From the NCBI GenBank assembly GCA_038063815.1, contig JBBTUJ010000002.1, positions 6,511-70,510 on the forward strand: a stretch of DNA of 64,000 nt, written 5' to 3'. Source of the stretch: Patescibacteria group bacterium. Lineage in GTDB: Bacteria > Patescibacteriota > Minisyncoccia > Phycocordibacterales > EsbW-18. Below, piece by piece: positions 54,830 to 63,343 of the stretch (the stretch's first letter is position 1; every line of letters begins with the position of its first letter). The position numbers were made by a program, and so were the translations under genes. The notes under the pieces are model-generated. The model worked only from the letters and a program-made list of their open reading frames with translations, did not search any database and was not told the DNA's origin.

Positions 54830-55186
54830 GTGACGACTCGAATACGGAAGTATCGCTGGTTCGTGGGGACTTCGCATCCCGAAGCGAACCGACACATCGG
54901 TAATGAGCTTGCTGCACAGGGTCTCGTTGTACAGTCGGAGATGCGCGAGACGCTGTGCGCCGACAGTATCCGACGCGATCTGTGGGAGATCGCATCGTAC
55001 AAGCTCGTTGTCGCGTTTCAACGGGGACCACTGGGTCGAACGATGGAGGTTTTTCGCGCTGAGGGAGGTGGCCGTCCTGCCGCGTGGCCTCCCGTAGCTC
55101 GTACGATTGGAGGATCGGTGCGGGCCAATCTTCCGCCCGTTCATCGTGGGACCTCACATCTTCCTCCCCCTCGTCCTCGGGGCTAA
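54830..55186 (+). CDS. Orphan hypothetical protein
   Basis: SD AAGGAGG before GTG 54830, TGGTAAAAT upstream, terminator downstream. Confidence 0.6.
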   Translation: MTTRIRKYRWFVGTSHPEANRHIGNELAAQGLVVQSEMRETLCADSIRRDLWEIASYKLVVAFQRGPLGRTMEVFRAEGGGRPAAWPPVARTIGGSVRANLPPVHRGTSHLPPPRPRG

Positions 55187-55199
55187 ACGCCCCTCATGT

Positions 55200-55235
55200 G
55201 GGCCGGCGCGTGTTGCGCCGGCCCGCTTTTCTTTT
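55200..55235 (+). terminator. Intrinsic terminator
   Basis: GGGCCGGCGCG-TGT-TGCGCCGGCCC then GCTTTTCTTTT. Confidence 0.85.
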
Positions 55236-55290
55236 CTGTGTACCCGGGCACTAATTCTCCAAAAAGTTAGTGCCCGGGTATACTACGCAT

Positions 55291-57336
55291 ATGTCAGTTT
55301 TTAACCTCAAGAGCGAGTTTGAACCCGCGGGTGATCAACCCAAGGCGATCGAGGCCTTGACCACAGGACTTCAAGCAGGGAAGCGTCATCAAACGCTCGT
55401 GGGTGTCACGGGTTCTGGTAAGACGTTTACTGCGGCGCACGTGATCGCGAATACGGATAAACCGACGCTTGTTATCGCACACAACAAAACACTTGCGGCA
55501 CAACTAGCACAGGAGTACCGAGAGTTCTTTCCTGACGCGGCGGTACACTATTTTGTCTCATACTACGACTACTATCAGCCGGAAGCATACGTTCCTGTTA
55601 CGGACACGTATATCGAAAAAGAAGCGCAGATCAACGAAGAGATCGATCGTCTGCGCCACGCGGCAACGCAGGCACTTCTGACCAGAAAAGACGTTATCGT
55701 TGTCGCGTCGGTTTCATGTATCTACGGTTTGGGTTCTCCTGAAGAATATGAAAAAGTGCATTTGAAACTTGCGGTGGGTGATACAAAGGGTCGTGCCGAT
55801 CTTATTCGTGAACTCATCCGTATCTACTTTGAGAGAAGTACAACAGATCTCTCGCCGGGACAGTTCCGCGCCGTGGGGAGTGTCGTTGAGATTATGCCGG
55901 TCAACGAACGGGTGGTGTATCGGATCGATTGTACGAATGACACCATCACAAATATCCAGGTTCTTGATCCTGTCTCGTTCATGATTAAAAAAGAAGTCGA
56001 GACGCTTTTCATGTTTCCCGCAAAACACTTCGTTTCAAGCGACGAGCAGATCAAGAGCGCCCTTGTTTCGATCAAAGAAGAAATGGAGAAACAAATCGAG
56101 AAACTGAAGAGGGAAGGGAAGGAACTTGAGGCAGAACGTCTGAAACGCCGTACGACATATGACCTCGCGATGATCCGCGAAGTCGGATACGTGACGGGAA
56201 TCGAGAATTACTCGCGCCATTTCGACGGACGTGCGCCGGGAGAGCCACCGTACACACTCCTTGACTACTTTCCGAAGAAAAAAGATGGTACACCTGATTT
56301 TTTGACGGTTATTGACGAGTCGCACGTGACAATCCCCCAGATTGGCGGTATGTATGCGGGCGATCGCTCACGAAAAGAAACGCTTGTTGATCACGGATTT
56401 CGTCTTCCCTCGGCGATCGACAACAGACCACTTATGTTCGAAGAATTCGAAGCACGAGTGGGACAGGTCGTCTACACAACAGCAACACCTGGGCCATATG
56501 AACTCGAGAAAAGTAAGGCAGAAAAAGAAGGAGTATTGGTCGAACAAATCATCCGTCCCACAGGGCTCATCGACCCTGAGGTCATCGTGCGGCCAATCAT
56601 GAGCACTGCGGAATATGAAGGGCAGGTGCAGGATTTCATAAAAGAATCGGAAATGGTTATCAAGCGTGGCGGGCGCGTTCTTGCGACAACACTCACCAAA
56701 CGGATGGCGGAGGATCTTGCAGAGTTTCTCATTGCTCGTGGTGTGAAGGCGGTCTATCTTCACAGTGACATCAAGACAATCGAACGCATCGAAATCCTGA
56801 CGAATTTCCGAAAAGGCGAATTCGATATGATTGTCGGCGTGAACCTCCTACGTGAAGGACTCGATCTCCCTGAAGTCGAACTCATTGGTATTCTTGACGC
56901 TGACAAGGAAGGATTTCTCCGTTCCGAAACAGCTCTCATCCAGACGATCGGCCGCGCAGCGCGCAATATCCTCGGGCGTGTCATTCTCTACGCCGATGTT
57001 ATGACCGGTTCGATGGAGAGGGCAATCGGGGAGACGAATCGACGTCGCGCAATCCAGGTCGCACACAACACGAAGCACGGAATCACGCCGCAGACGATCA
57101 AAAAGAAGATCTCCGACATCACCGACCAACTCATGAAAGATCATGACAAGGCGGTCGAACTCGATCTCTCAATGGTCCTCGCAAACGGAAAGAAACCTGC
57201 TGATATAAAACGAGTCATTAAAATAAAAGAAGGGGAAATGAGCGCGGCGGTCAAGGTTCTTGATTTCGAAACTGCAGCGATAATCCGCGACGAAATTAAA
57301 AAACTCGAAGGGATGCTTACGAAGAAAAAGGAATAG
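55291..57336 (+). CDS. uvrB: Excinuclease ABC subunit B
   Basis: PAGDQP, GVTGSGKT, FVSYYDYYQPEAY, DESH, DADKEGFLRSE, QTIGRAARN. Confidence 0.98.
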   Translation: MSVFNLKSEFEPAGDQPKAIEALTTGLQAGKRHQTLVGVTGSGKTFTAAHVIANTDKPTLVIAHNKTLAAQLAQEYREFFPDAAVHYFVSYYDYYQPEAYVPVTDTYIEKEAQINEEIDRLRHAATQALLTRKDVIVVASVSCIYGLGSPEEYEKVHLKLAVGDTKGRADLIRELIRIYFERSTTDLSPGQFRAVGSVVEIMPVNERVVYRIDCTNDTITNIQVLDPVSFMIKKEVETLFMFPAKHFVSSDEQIKSALVSIKEEMEKQIEKLKREGKELEAERLKRRTTYDLAMIREVGYVTGIENYSRHFDGRAPGEPPYTLLDYFPKKKDGTPDFLTVIDESHVTIPQIGGMYAGDRSRKETLVDHGFRLPSAIDNRPLMFEEFEARVGQVVYTTATPGPYELEKSKAEKEGVLVEQIIRPTGLIDPEVIVRPIMSTAEYEGQVQDFIKESEMVIKRGGRVLATTLTKRMAEDLAEFLIARGVKAVYLHSDIKTIERIEILTNFRKGEFDMIVGVNLLREGLDLPEVELIGILDADKEGFLRSETALIQTIGRAARNILGRVILYADVMTGSMERAIGETNRRRAIQVAHNTKHGITPQTIKKKISDITDQLMKDHDKAVELDLSMVLANGKKPADIKRVIKIKEGEMSAAVKVLDFETAAIIRDEIKKLEGMLTKKKE

Positions 57337-57342
57337 AAAATC

Positions 57343-57388
57343 AAAACCCCCGTCCTGCCGATCTAAAATAGCATCGGTTGAGGACGGG
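57343..57388 (-). terminator. Hairpin/terminator between uvrB and the convergent orphan gene
   Basis: CCCGTCCT..CCGAT..ATCGG..AGGACGGG with T tract on the minus strand. Confidence 0.7.
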
Positions 57389-57455
57389 AGCGCTTCACAC
57401 AAGCCCGAGGGTTCAAGGATTCGAAAATCCGAGAGAACCGAGGGCTCAGGTGAAG

Positions 57456-57881
57456 TTACTGCAGCTCGAGGCGGACGAGCCGAAAGTACCGGCCGAAGGC
57501 GCGGCCGAGCCAGAAGAACTTGAGGTACCACGCGCCGCAGCCCCAGATGAGACACGTGACGCGTCGGCCGCTGTCCTCCGGACGCCGCCAGATTGTTCCC
57601 GTGAAGACGAGCGCGAACTGGCGGTATTCCTCCGGTATGTCCTTCTGCTGGCCGAGCAGTTGCTCGGCGTGGCGCTGACCCGTGGTGCCGTCGAGCGCCG
57701 TGGCTCGCGTCACCATCTCCTCGCCGCCGACGTACTCCTCGCCGTCGCGGAGGAACTCCGCGAGCGTGAGAACGGGCTCACCGACGAGCGGTTCGTCCTC
57801 GAGCAACTCCCATCCTTCTTTGCGCTTGTCGTTGGCGAACCCGGTCAGGGGCGTCAACTTAACTGTTGGATACGTCTGCAT
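57456..57881 (-). CDS. Orphan protein with aromatic-rich C-terminus, candidate DGR target
   Basis: SD AAGGAG; C-terminus LVFTGTIWR..RVTCLIWGCGAWYLKFFWLGRAFGRYFRLVRL; A-poor, NNC-rich 3' end. Confidence 0.7.
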   Translation of the reverse strand: MQTYPTVKLTPLTGFANDKRKEGWELLEDEPLVGEPVLTLAEFLRDGEEYVGGEEMVTRATALDGTTGQRHAEQLLGQQKDIPEEYRQFALVFTGTIWRRPEDSGRRVTCLIWGCGAWYLKFFWLGRAFGRYFRLVRLELQ

Positions 57882-58018
57882 GGTCTTCTCCTTGGTCAGA
57901 AAGCAGTTTTTGTGCTTCAAAATCGGAAATCCCAGCCCTTAACATGTCTTAGATTGACATCCTAAGGGCTGGAATTTCTTTGAGTAACTTCACAATGTGT
58001 TAAAGAACGTATGAATAT

Positions 58019-58048
58019 ATTATAGCATACCTTGTGCATGAAGGTCAA
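58019..58048 (-). promoter_or_regulatory. Sigma70-type promoter for the 57881 gene
   Basis: TTGACC-18 nt-TATAAT with extended -10 TG. Confidence 0.7.
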
Positions 58049-58119
58049 GGGTGTTGAGGGAGAGGTGTGTTATGCTGTCTCTACACCCCCCGCACAAAAA
58101 GCGTGGGGCACATTCTCGT

Positions 58120-60816
58120 ATGTCAAAGCAAAGAAAACGAATACAAAATGACAAAGAAAATGACCTTTTGATCGTCAAGGGAGCGCGGACGCATAACTTG
58201 AAGAACATCACTGTGGAGATGCCCCGCAACGCGATGGTTGTGATCACCGGTCTTTCTGGTTCAGGCAAATCATCCCTGGCATTCGATACTATTTTTGCTG
58301 AAGGACAACGTCGCTATGTCGAATCGCTCTCTGCATATGCGCGGCAGTTCATAAGCCAGATGCCAAAGCCAGACGTTGATGAGATCATCGGTCTTTCGCC
58401 TGCAATCTCGATCGACCAGAAATCACGCTCCAACAATCCTCGTTCAACCGTTGCAACAATCACCGAGATCTACGACTACCTCCGTATTCTCTACGCTCGC
58501 ATCGGTACCCCGCACTGTCTCATGTGTGGTGAACCAATAACGCGTCTCACAACAGAGGAGATCCAAGGATTTATCATGGGCAAAGTGAAGGCGGCGAGCA
58601 AACACCTGAAGCCCGGGAAAGATAAAAATCTTTCTGAAGCGGTTAAGGATGCACGGGACACAAAAGAAACGCTCGAGATCTATGCGCCCGTTGTCCGCGG
58701 CCGAAAGGGCGAATACTACCAACTTCTCTACGACGCTCTCGGAAAGGGATTCTCAGAGGTCCTTGTTGATGGCGAGAGAAAGATGCTCCGCGAGCAAATC
58801 ATTCTTGAAAAAAACAAAAAACACGACATCGATATCCTCGCTGACAGGATCTTTTTAAGTGAGTTCATTGATAGCCCTGATAGCGCAAAGGAGCGCCTCC
58901 GTGAAGCGGTTGAACGTTCTCTCCACGAAGCACATGGGCTTGTTCGTATCGTCATTCCCAAGACAGACATATTTGTCAAAAAAGGAACAAATGAGATCGG
59001 TGTTGTGATGTCAGCAAAATTCTCATGTCCCAATGACGGATATTCGTATCCTGAGATTGAGCCACGCCTCTTTTCATTCAACAGCCCGTACGGTGCGTGT
59101 CCGGAGTGCAACGGTTTGGGAACGCGGCACTTTTTTGGTGGCGAGGCATGTCATTTGTGTAAAGGTGCACGATTGCGCCAGGAGGCACTGAACGTCCGTC
59201 TTGGTGGAAAGAATAAAAAGGGAGGTATGAACGTTGTTGAACTTACGGCACTTTCAGTTGACGATGCGCGGAAGTTCTTCGACGACCTCACGCTCACGCC
59301 AAAAGAAAAAGAGATATCAAATGTTATCGTGCGTGAGATTGGCGAGCGTCTTACGTTCATGCAGAACGTCGGCATCGGGTATCTCACGCTTGATCGTCGT
59401 GCTCATACGCTCTCAGGTGGGGAAGCGCAGCGCATCCGTCTTGCGTCTCAACTCGGGTCCGGCCTCGTTGGGGCACTCTATGTTCTTGATGAACCGACAA
59501 TCGGACTCCACGCCCGCGATAACGAGCGTCTCGTTAAAACACTCCTGAACCTCCGTGATCTTGGAAATACCATCATTGTTGTTGAGCACGACGAAGACAC
59601 CATATTCTCATCCGACTATATCGTTGATATCGGGCCGGGAGCAGGTGTGCACGGTGGACATGTCGTTGTGTCGGGATATCTCGATGAGCTCCTCACGGCT
59701 CCGAAGAATACATCAAAGTCACTTACGCTTTCGTATCTGCGTGGAGAAAACCAAATCCCTCTTCCCGAACAACGTCGCACAAGCGATAAAGGGTCAATAA
59801 AGATTCGCGGCGGGAATGCGTTCAATGTGAAGAACCTGAATGTGGACATTCCCCTTGGAAAGAACATCGTCGTGACGGGCGTTTCAGGGTCTGGAAAATC
59901 GACATTTATGTATGAGATTCTCTACAAAAATCTCCAGGCGCGATTCGAAAAAAGGTATCGTTCAGCACAAACCTTTAATGTCGGATCGATTACGGGCCTT
60001 GAATATCTTTCTCGAGCGATTCTCATAGACCAATCCCCGATCGGACGTACATCGCGTTCGAACCCTGCAACATACACGGGCGCATTCACGCACATCCGTG
60101 ATATGTTCGCCGCAACGGCCGAAGCACGGGCGCGCGGTTGGAAGGCAAATCGATTCTCATTCAACGTTAAAGGTGGACGATGTGAGGCGTGCGAAGGAAA
60201 AGGAGAGATCGCCGTTGAGATGCATTTCTTGCCGACGGTCTATGTCACGTGTGATGTGTGTCACGGAAAACGTTTTATGCGCGAGACACTTGAGGTCGAA
60301 TACAAAGGGAAAGATATCCATCAGGTTCTTTCAATGACGGTTGAAGAATCACTCGCATTTTTTGAAGACATTCCGGCAATTTCAGATCGACTCAAAACAC
60401 TGAACGATGTGGGGCTCGGATATTTGCAATTGGGGCAATCAGCAACAACGCTCTCAGGTGGGGAAGCACAACGCGTGAAGATCTCGTCGGAACTGTACCG
60501 CCCACATCTCCAAAAAACAATCTATCTCCTCGACGAGCCGACCATTGGACTCCACTACGAAGATGTACGGAAGTTGATTGAAATTCTCGAGACATTGGTT
60601 GCGAAGGGAAGTACGGTTATTTTAATTGAGCACAACATGGATATCATCAAAAACGCTGACCACATCATTGATATCGGACCCGAAGGGGGTGTTCTTGGTG
60701 GAAAAGTCGTTGCGACAGGAACACCTGAAGAGATCGCAGAAACAGACACGCATACCGGTTTTTACCTCCGCAAGGCACTCAAAAATAGCAAGAAAAAACA
60801 GAAGGGAGCATACTAG
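58120..60816 (+). CDS. uvrA: Excinuclease ABC subunit A (insertion domain absent)
   Basis: [37 protein letters not shown], two LSGGEAQR signatures, [13 protein letters not shown]. Confidence 0.98.
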   Translation: MSKQRKRIQNDKENDLLIVKGARTHNLKNITVEMPRNAMVVITGLSGSGKSSLAFDTIFAEGQRRYVESLSAYARQFISQMPKPDVDEIIGLSPAISIDQKSRSNNPRSTVATITEIYDYLRILYARIGTPHCLMCGEPITRLTTEEIQGFIMGKVKAASKHLKPGKDKNLSEAVKDARDTKETLEIYAPVVRGRKGEYYQLLYDALGKGFSEVLVDGERKMLREQIILEKNKKHDIDILADRIFLSEFIDSPDSAKERLREAVERSLHEAHGLVRIVIPKTDIFVKKGTNEIGVVMSAKFSCPNDGYSYPEIEPRLFSFNSPYGACPECNGLGTRHFFGGEACHLCKGARLRQEALNVRLGGKNKKGGMNVVELTALSVDDARKFFDDLTLTPKEKEISNVIVREIGERLTFMQNVGIGYLTLDRRAHTLSGGEAQRIRLASQLGSGLVGALYVLDEPTIGLHARDNERLVKTLLNLRDLGNTIIVVEHDEDTIFSSDYIVDIGPGAGVHGGHVVVSGYLDELLTAPKNTSKSLTLSYLRGENQIPLPEQRRTSDKGSIKIRGGNAFNVKNLNVDIPLGKNIVVTGVSGSGKSTFMYEILYKNLQARFEKRYRSAQTFNVGSITGLEYLSRAILIDQSPIGRTSRSNPATYTGAFTHIRDMFAATAEARARGWKANRFSFNVKGGRCEACEGKGEIAVEMHFLPTVYVTCDVCHGKRFMRETLEVEYKGKDIHQVLSMTVEESLAFFEDIPAISDRLKTLNDVGLGYLQLGQSATTLSGGEAQRVKISSELYRPHLQKTIYLLDEPTIGLHYEDVRKLIEILETLVAKGSTVILIEHNMDIIKNADHIIDIGPEGGVLGGKVVATGTPEEIAETDTHTGFYLRKALKNSKKKQKGAY

Positions 60817-60836
60817 AGACAAATTAGTACAGAACC

Positions 60837-61766
60837 ATGCGTTCTCCCTCTGATAATCCATTCCTTGCAAATAAGTCCGCTCTTCGAAAAGAGGCGGAAG
60901 ATGATACGCGTCTTGCGCGCGAACGACAGCGTGCGGAAGAAGACACGCGCAAACGTCAACGCAAAACGGTTCTTCAGGCAGAGCTGACACATCTCAAGGG
61001 CGACCTTACTCGAAAAGAGAGGGAAAAAGATGTGCTTCTTCGTGAAAAAAACACACACCTGCATACACAGGATCGTTTGCGTGCGACCGTTCGTGTGCCA
61101 ACCGCGGGGACTCATGAACAATCTGAAAAAGAGCGAGCGGTTAAAACGCTACAAGCGGAACTTGACCGAATCCATCATGAAAAAGATGCACTGACCCGTG
61201 AAGAGGGCTCCCTTGATCGAGTTTTGAGAGATTTTGCAAATAAACAAGACACCTCCTCTTCACATGCTGTTTCTCACGGAGACCTCGACCTCAAGGATGC
61301 AGAACAGGCGGTTGCAACACTTGAAAAAGAATTAAAAGAACTCGAGAGGGAGCACTTAGCAAAAGAGCATGAACTCTCTCTTGCGCGTGCGACTCTCGCG
61401 CGCGCAACACGCGAGGAAGAATCAGCACTACGTCATGAAAAAGAAGGTGAAAAGTCGCAACATCTTGAAGAGGGAAAAGAAAAGCGAACACAAGTCGCGC
61501 GAGAACAACTTGCGCACGCCCTTATACGCCTTGCGGGAGAAGAGCGGGTACTCCTTGAAAAAATTGCAGCGGCAAAAAGAGAAGTGGAAGAATATGCACG
61601 TACGCTCAAAGACGCAGAGCGAACAAAGAGCAAGGCAACAGAAGAAGAACGGCACGAATCAATTGTTCTTGGGCAGGAAGAACGAAAGGAAGAGATACTT
61701 ACACGAGAAATCACTGATATAAAAAATAGAATCGCTGAGATCGAGAGAGAAGTGAGATCTCTATAA
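60837..61766 (+). CDS. Long coiled-coil hypothetical protein
   Basis: E/K/R/A/L-rich heptad pattern throughout, almost no aromatic residues. Confidence 0.75.
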   Translation: MRSPSDNPFLANKSALRKEAEDDTRLARERQRAEEDTRKRQRKTVLQAELTHLKGDLTRKEREKDVLLREKNTHLHTQDRLRATVRVPTAGTHEQSEKERAVKTLQAELDRIHHEKDALTREEGSLDRVLRDFANKQDTSSSHAVSHGDLDLKDAEQAVATLEKELKELEREHLAKEHELSLARATLARATREEESALRHEKEGEKSQHLEEGKEKRTQVAREQLAHALIRLAGEERVLLEKIAAAKREVEEYARTLKDAERTKSKATEEERHESIVLGQEERKEEILTREITDIKNRIAEIEREVRSL

Positions 61767-61773
61767 TTGGTAA

Positions 61774-61799
61774 CGCCGCCCCGAAGCTACGGGGCGGCG
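61774..61799. terminator. GC hairpin between convergent genes
   Basis: CGCCGCCCCG-AAGCTA-CGGGGCGGCG. Confidence 0.75.
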
Positions 61800-61817
61800 C
61801 AAAACCGCGAGACGGAC

Positions 61818-62003
61818 TCAGCCCTTCAAGATGCCCGCCTCGCGCCACCGCCGGAGCGTGCGTTGGTCGGGAGTGAGTTCACCCCTGTACAGCACTTCCT
61901 GCTTGGTGGTGGGGCTCTTGGGAAGCTGTCGGTATGCCCCATTGATCGCCTGCAGCGTCTTGTCGAGTTCGGTGTCGACGATTGGCTCTCCCGTAGCGGC
62001 CAT
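61818..62003 (-). CDS. Small orphan protein (61 aa; alternative start at 62027)
   Basis: MAATGEPIVDTELDKTLQAING..RRWREAGILKG*; SD AAGGAG; promoter TTGACG-17-TAACAT at 62093-62065. Confidence 0.55.
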   Translation of the reverse strand: MAATGEPIVDTELDKTLQAINGAYRQLPKSPTTKQEVLYRGELTPDQRTLRRWREAGILKG

Positions 62004-62081
62004 CGCCCTCTCCTTCGCAAGATTCATCGTCCACCTCGCTTGGTTGGTCCTGCATCTGCAAATCATGTTAAAATATTTTCA

Positions 62082-63320
62082 ATGCTCCGTCAAGATTTCG
62101 ATAAAATAAAACTACCCGACACGCCGGGCGTGTACTTGTTTCGGCAGGGTCGCGATGTTTTGTACATCGGGAAGGCAACCTCACTTGCAGACCGCGTGAA
62201 GAGTTACTTTGCTCCTGACCTTATCCTTACCCGCGGACAAAGGCTTGTGAAGATGCTCGCAGAGGCATCGCGTGTTACGTTTGAAGAAACAGACTCTGTT
62301 CTTGAGGCGCTTATACGCGAAGCGGCGCTTATTAAGAAGTATCAGCCGGTTTACAACTCGCGTGAAAAAGATGACAAAAGTTTTAATTACGTTGTTATCA
62401 CAAAAGAAGAATATCCACGTGTCTTTACGATGCGCGAGAGAGAGCTACTCACGATCAAAAAAACATCATTTGAGGCAATGTACGGTCCTTTTCCGAATGG
62501 AGGGCAACTCCGCGATGCTTTGAAGATCATACGAAAAATATTCCCGTATCGTGGAAAAACAGATGCTCCACTTGCGACGGCAAAACGTCGCGCGTCACGC
62601 TTATATGAAGAAATCGGTCTTGCTCCAAAAAGTAAGGCGATTCTTGCCGATGCGGGACTCTACAAAAAGACAATCCGAAACGTGAAATTATTTTTCGAAG
62701 GAAAAAAGAAAGCACTTTTAAAAACTCTCGAAAAAGATATGCGCGCGTATGCTCGCGCGCACGAATTCGAAAAAGCGGCGGAAATAAAACGACAACTCTT
62801 TGCGCTTCAACACATAAACGATATCGCGCTCATCAAAAGAGGAACAAAAAACAATGAACAAGGAACAAAGGAAGAACGAATCGAGGGGTATGATGTCGCG
62901 CACACAAGCGGTGCGCACGCAGTCGGAGTTATGACGGTTGTGTATGGAAGTGAGCCAGCACGATCGGACTATCGGATGTTCAATATCAAAGGTCTCGGGG
63001 AGAAAGGCAGGATTGTGGACGATACGAAGGCCTTGTCTGAAATCCTCGATCGTCGGTTCGGACACCCCGAATGGCCTCTACCACGTTGTATCGTCGTAGA
63101 CGGCTCTACGGCACAAAAACGAGCCGCTGAGAGGGTTTTATTGCGTTTGGGACTCCTTATCCCTGTGGTGGCTGTCGTCAAAGACGAGCGACACCGACCG
63201 CAACGTTTGCTCGGAGATGCTCGTCTCACTCACACCCACGCCTCGGCTATCATTACTGTGAACGCAGAGGCACACAGGTTTGCACTTTCGTTTCATCGCA
63301 AAAAGAGGCGGTTCGCGTAA
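62082..63320 (+). CDS. uvrC: Excinuclease ABC subunit C (shortened, no HhH tail)
   Basis: LPDTPGVYLF..LYIGKA..RVKSYF, UVR motif M..A...FEKAA, RIEGYDVAH, VVDG, EAHRFA; start ATG 62082. Confidence 0.92.
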   Translation: MLRQDFDKIKLPDTPGVYLFRQGRDVLYIGKATSLADRVKSYFAPDLILTRGQRLVKMLAEASRVTFEETDSVLEALIREAALIKKYQPVYNSREKDDKSFNYVVITKEEYPRVFTMRERELLTIKKTSFEAMYGPFPNGGQLRDALKIIRKIFPYRGKTDAPLATAKRRASRLYEEIGLAPKSKAILADAGLYKKTIRNVKLFFEGKKKALLKTLEKDMRAYARAHEFEKAAEIKRQLFALQHINDIALIKRGTKNNEQGTKEERIEGYDVAHTSGAHAVGVMTVVYGSEPARSDYRMFNIKGLGEKGRIVDDTKALSEILDRRFGHPEWPLPRCIVVDGSTAQKRAAERVLLRLGLLIPVVAVVKDERHRPQRLLGDARLTHTHASAIITVNAEAHRFALSFHRKKRRFA

Positions 63321-63343
63321 GCTTTTTACGATATACTATTCTT

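Noticed and set aside
57378-57965. 195-aa plus-strand ORF
   Set aside because: Antisense shadow of the GC-rich minus-strand gene, which has the SD, promoter and terminator
59407-60467. Identical 20-mer ACGCTCTCAGGTGGGGAAGC twice
   Set aside because: The two ABC signature motifs of UvrA (TLSGGEA)
61767-62081. 105-aa N-terminal extension of UvrC
   Set aside because: Spans a terminator and an opposite-strand minigene; GIY-YIG homology starts after ATG 62082
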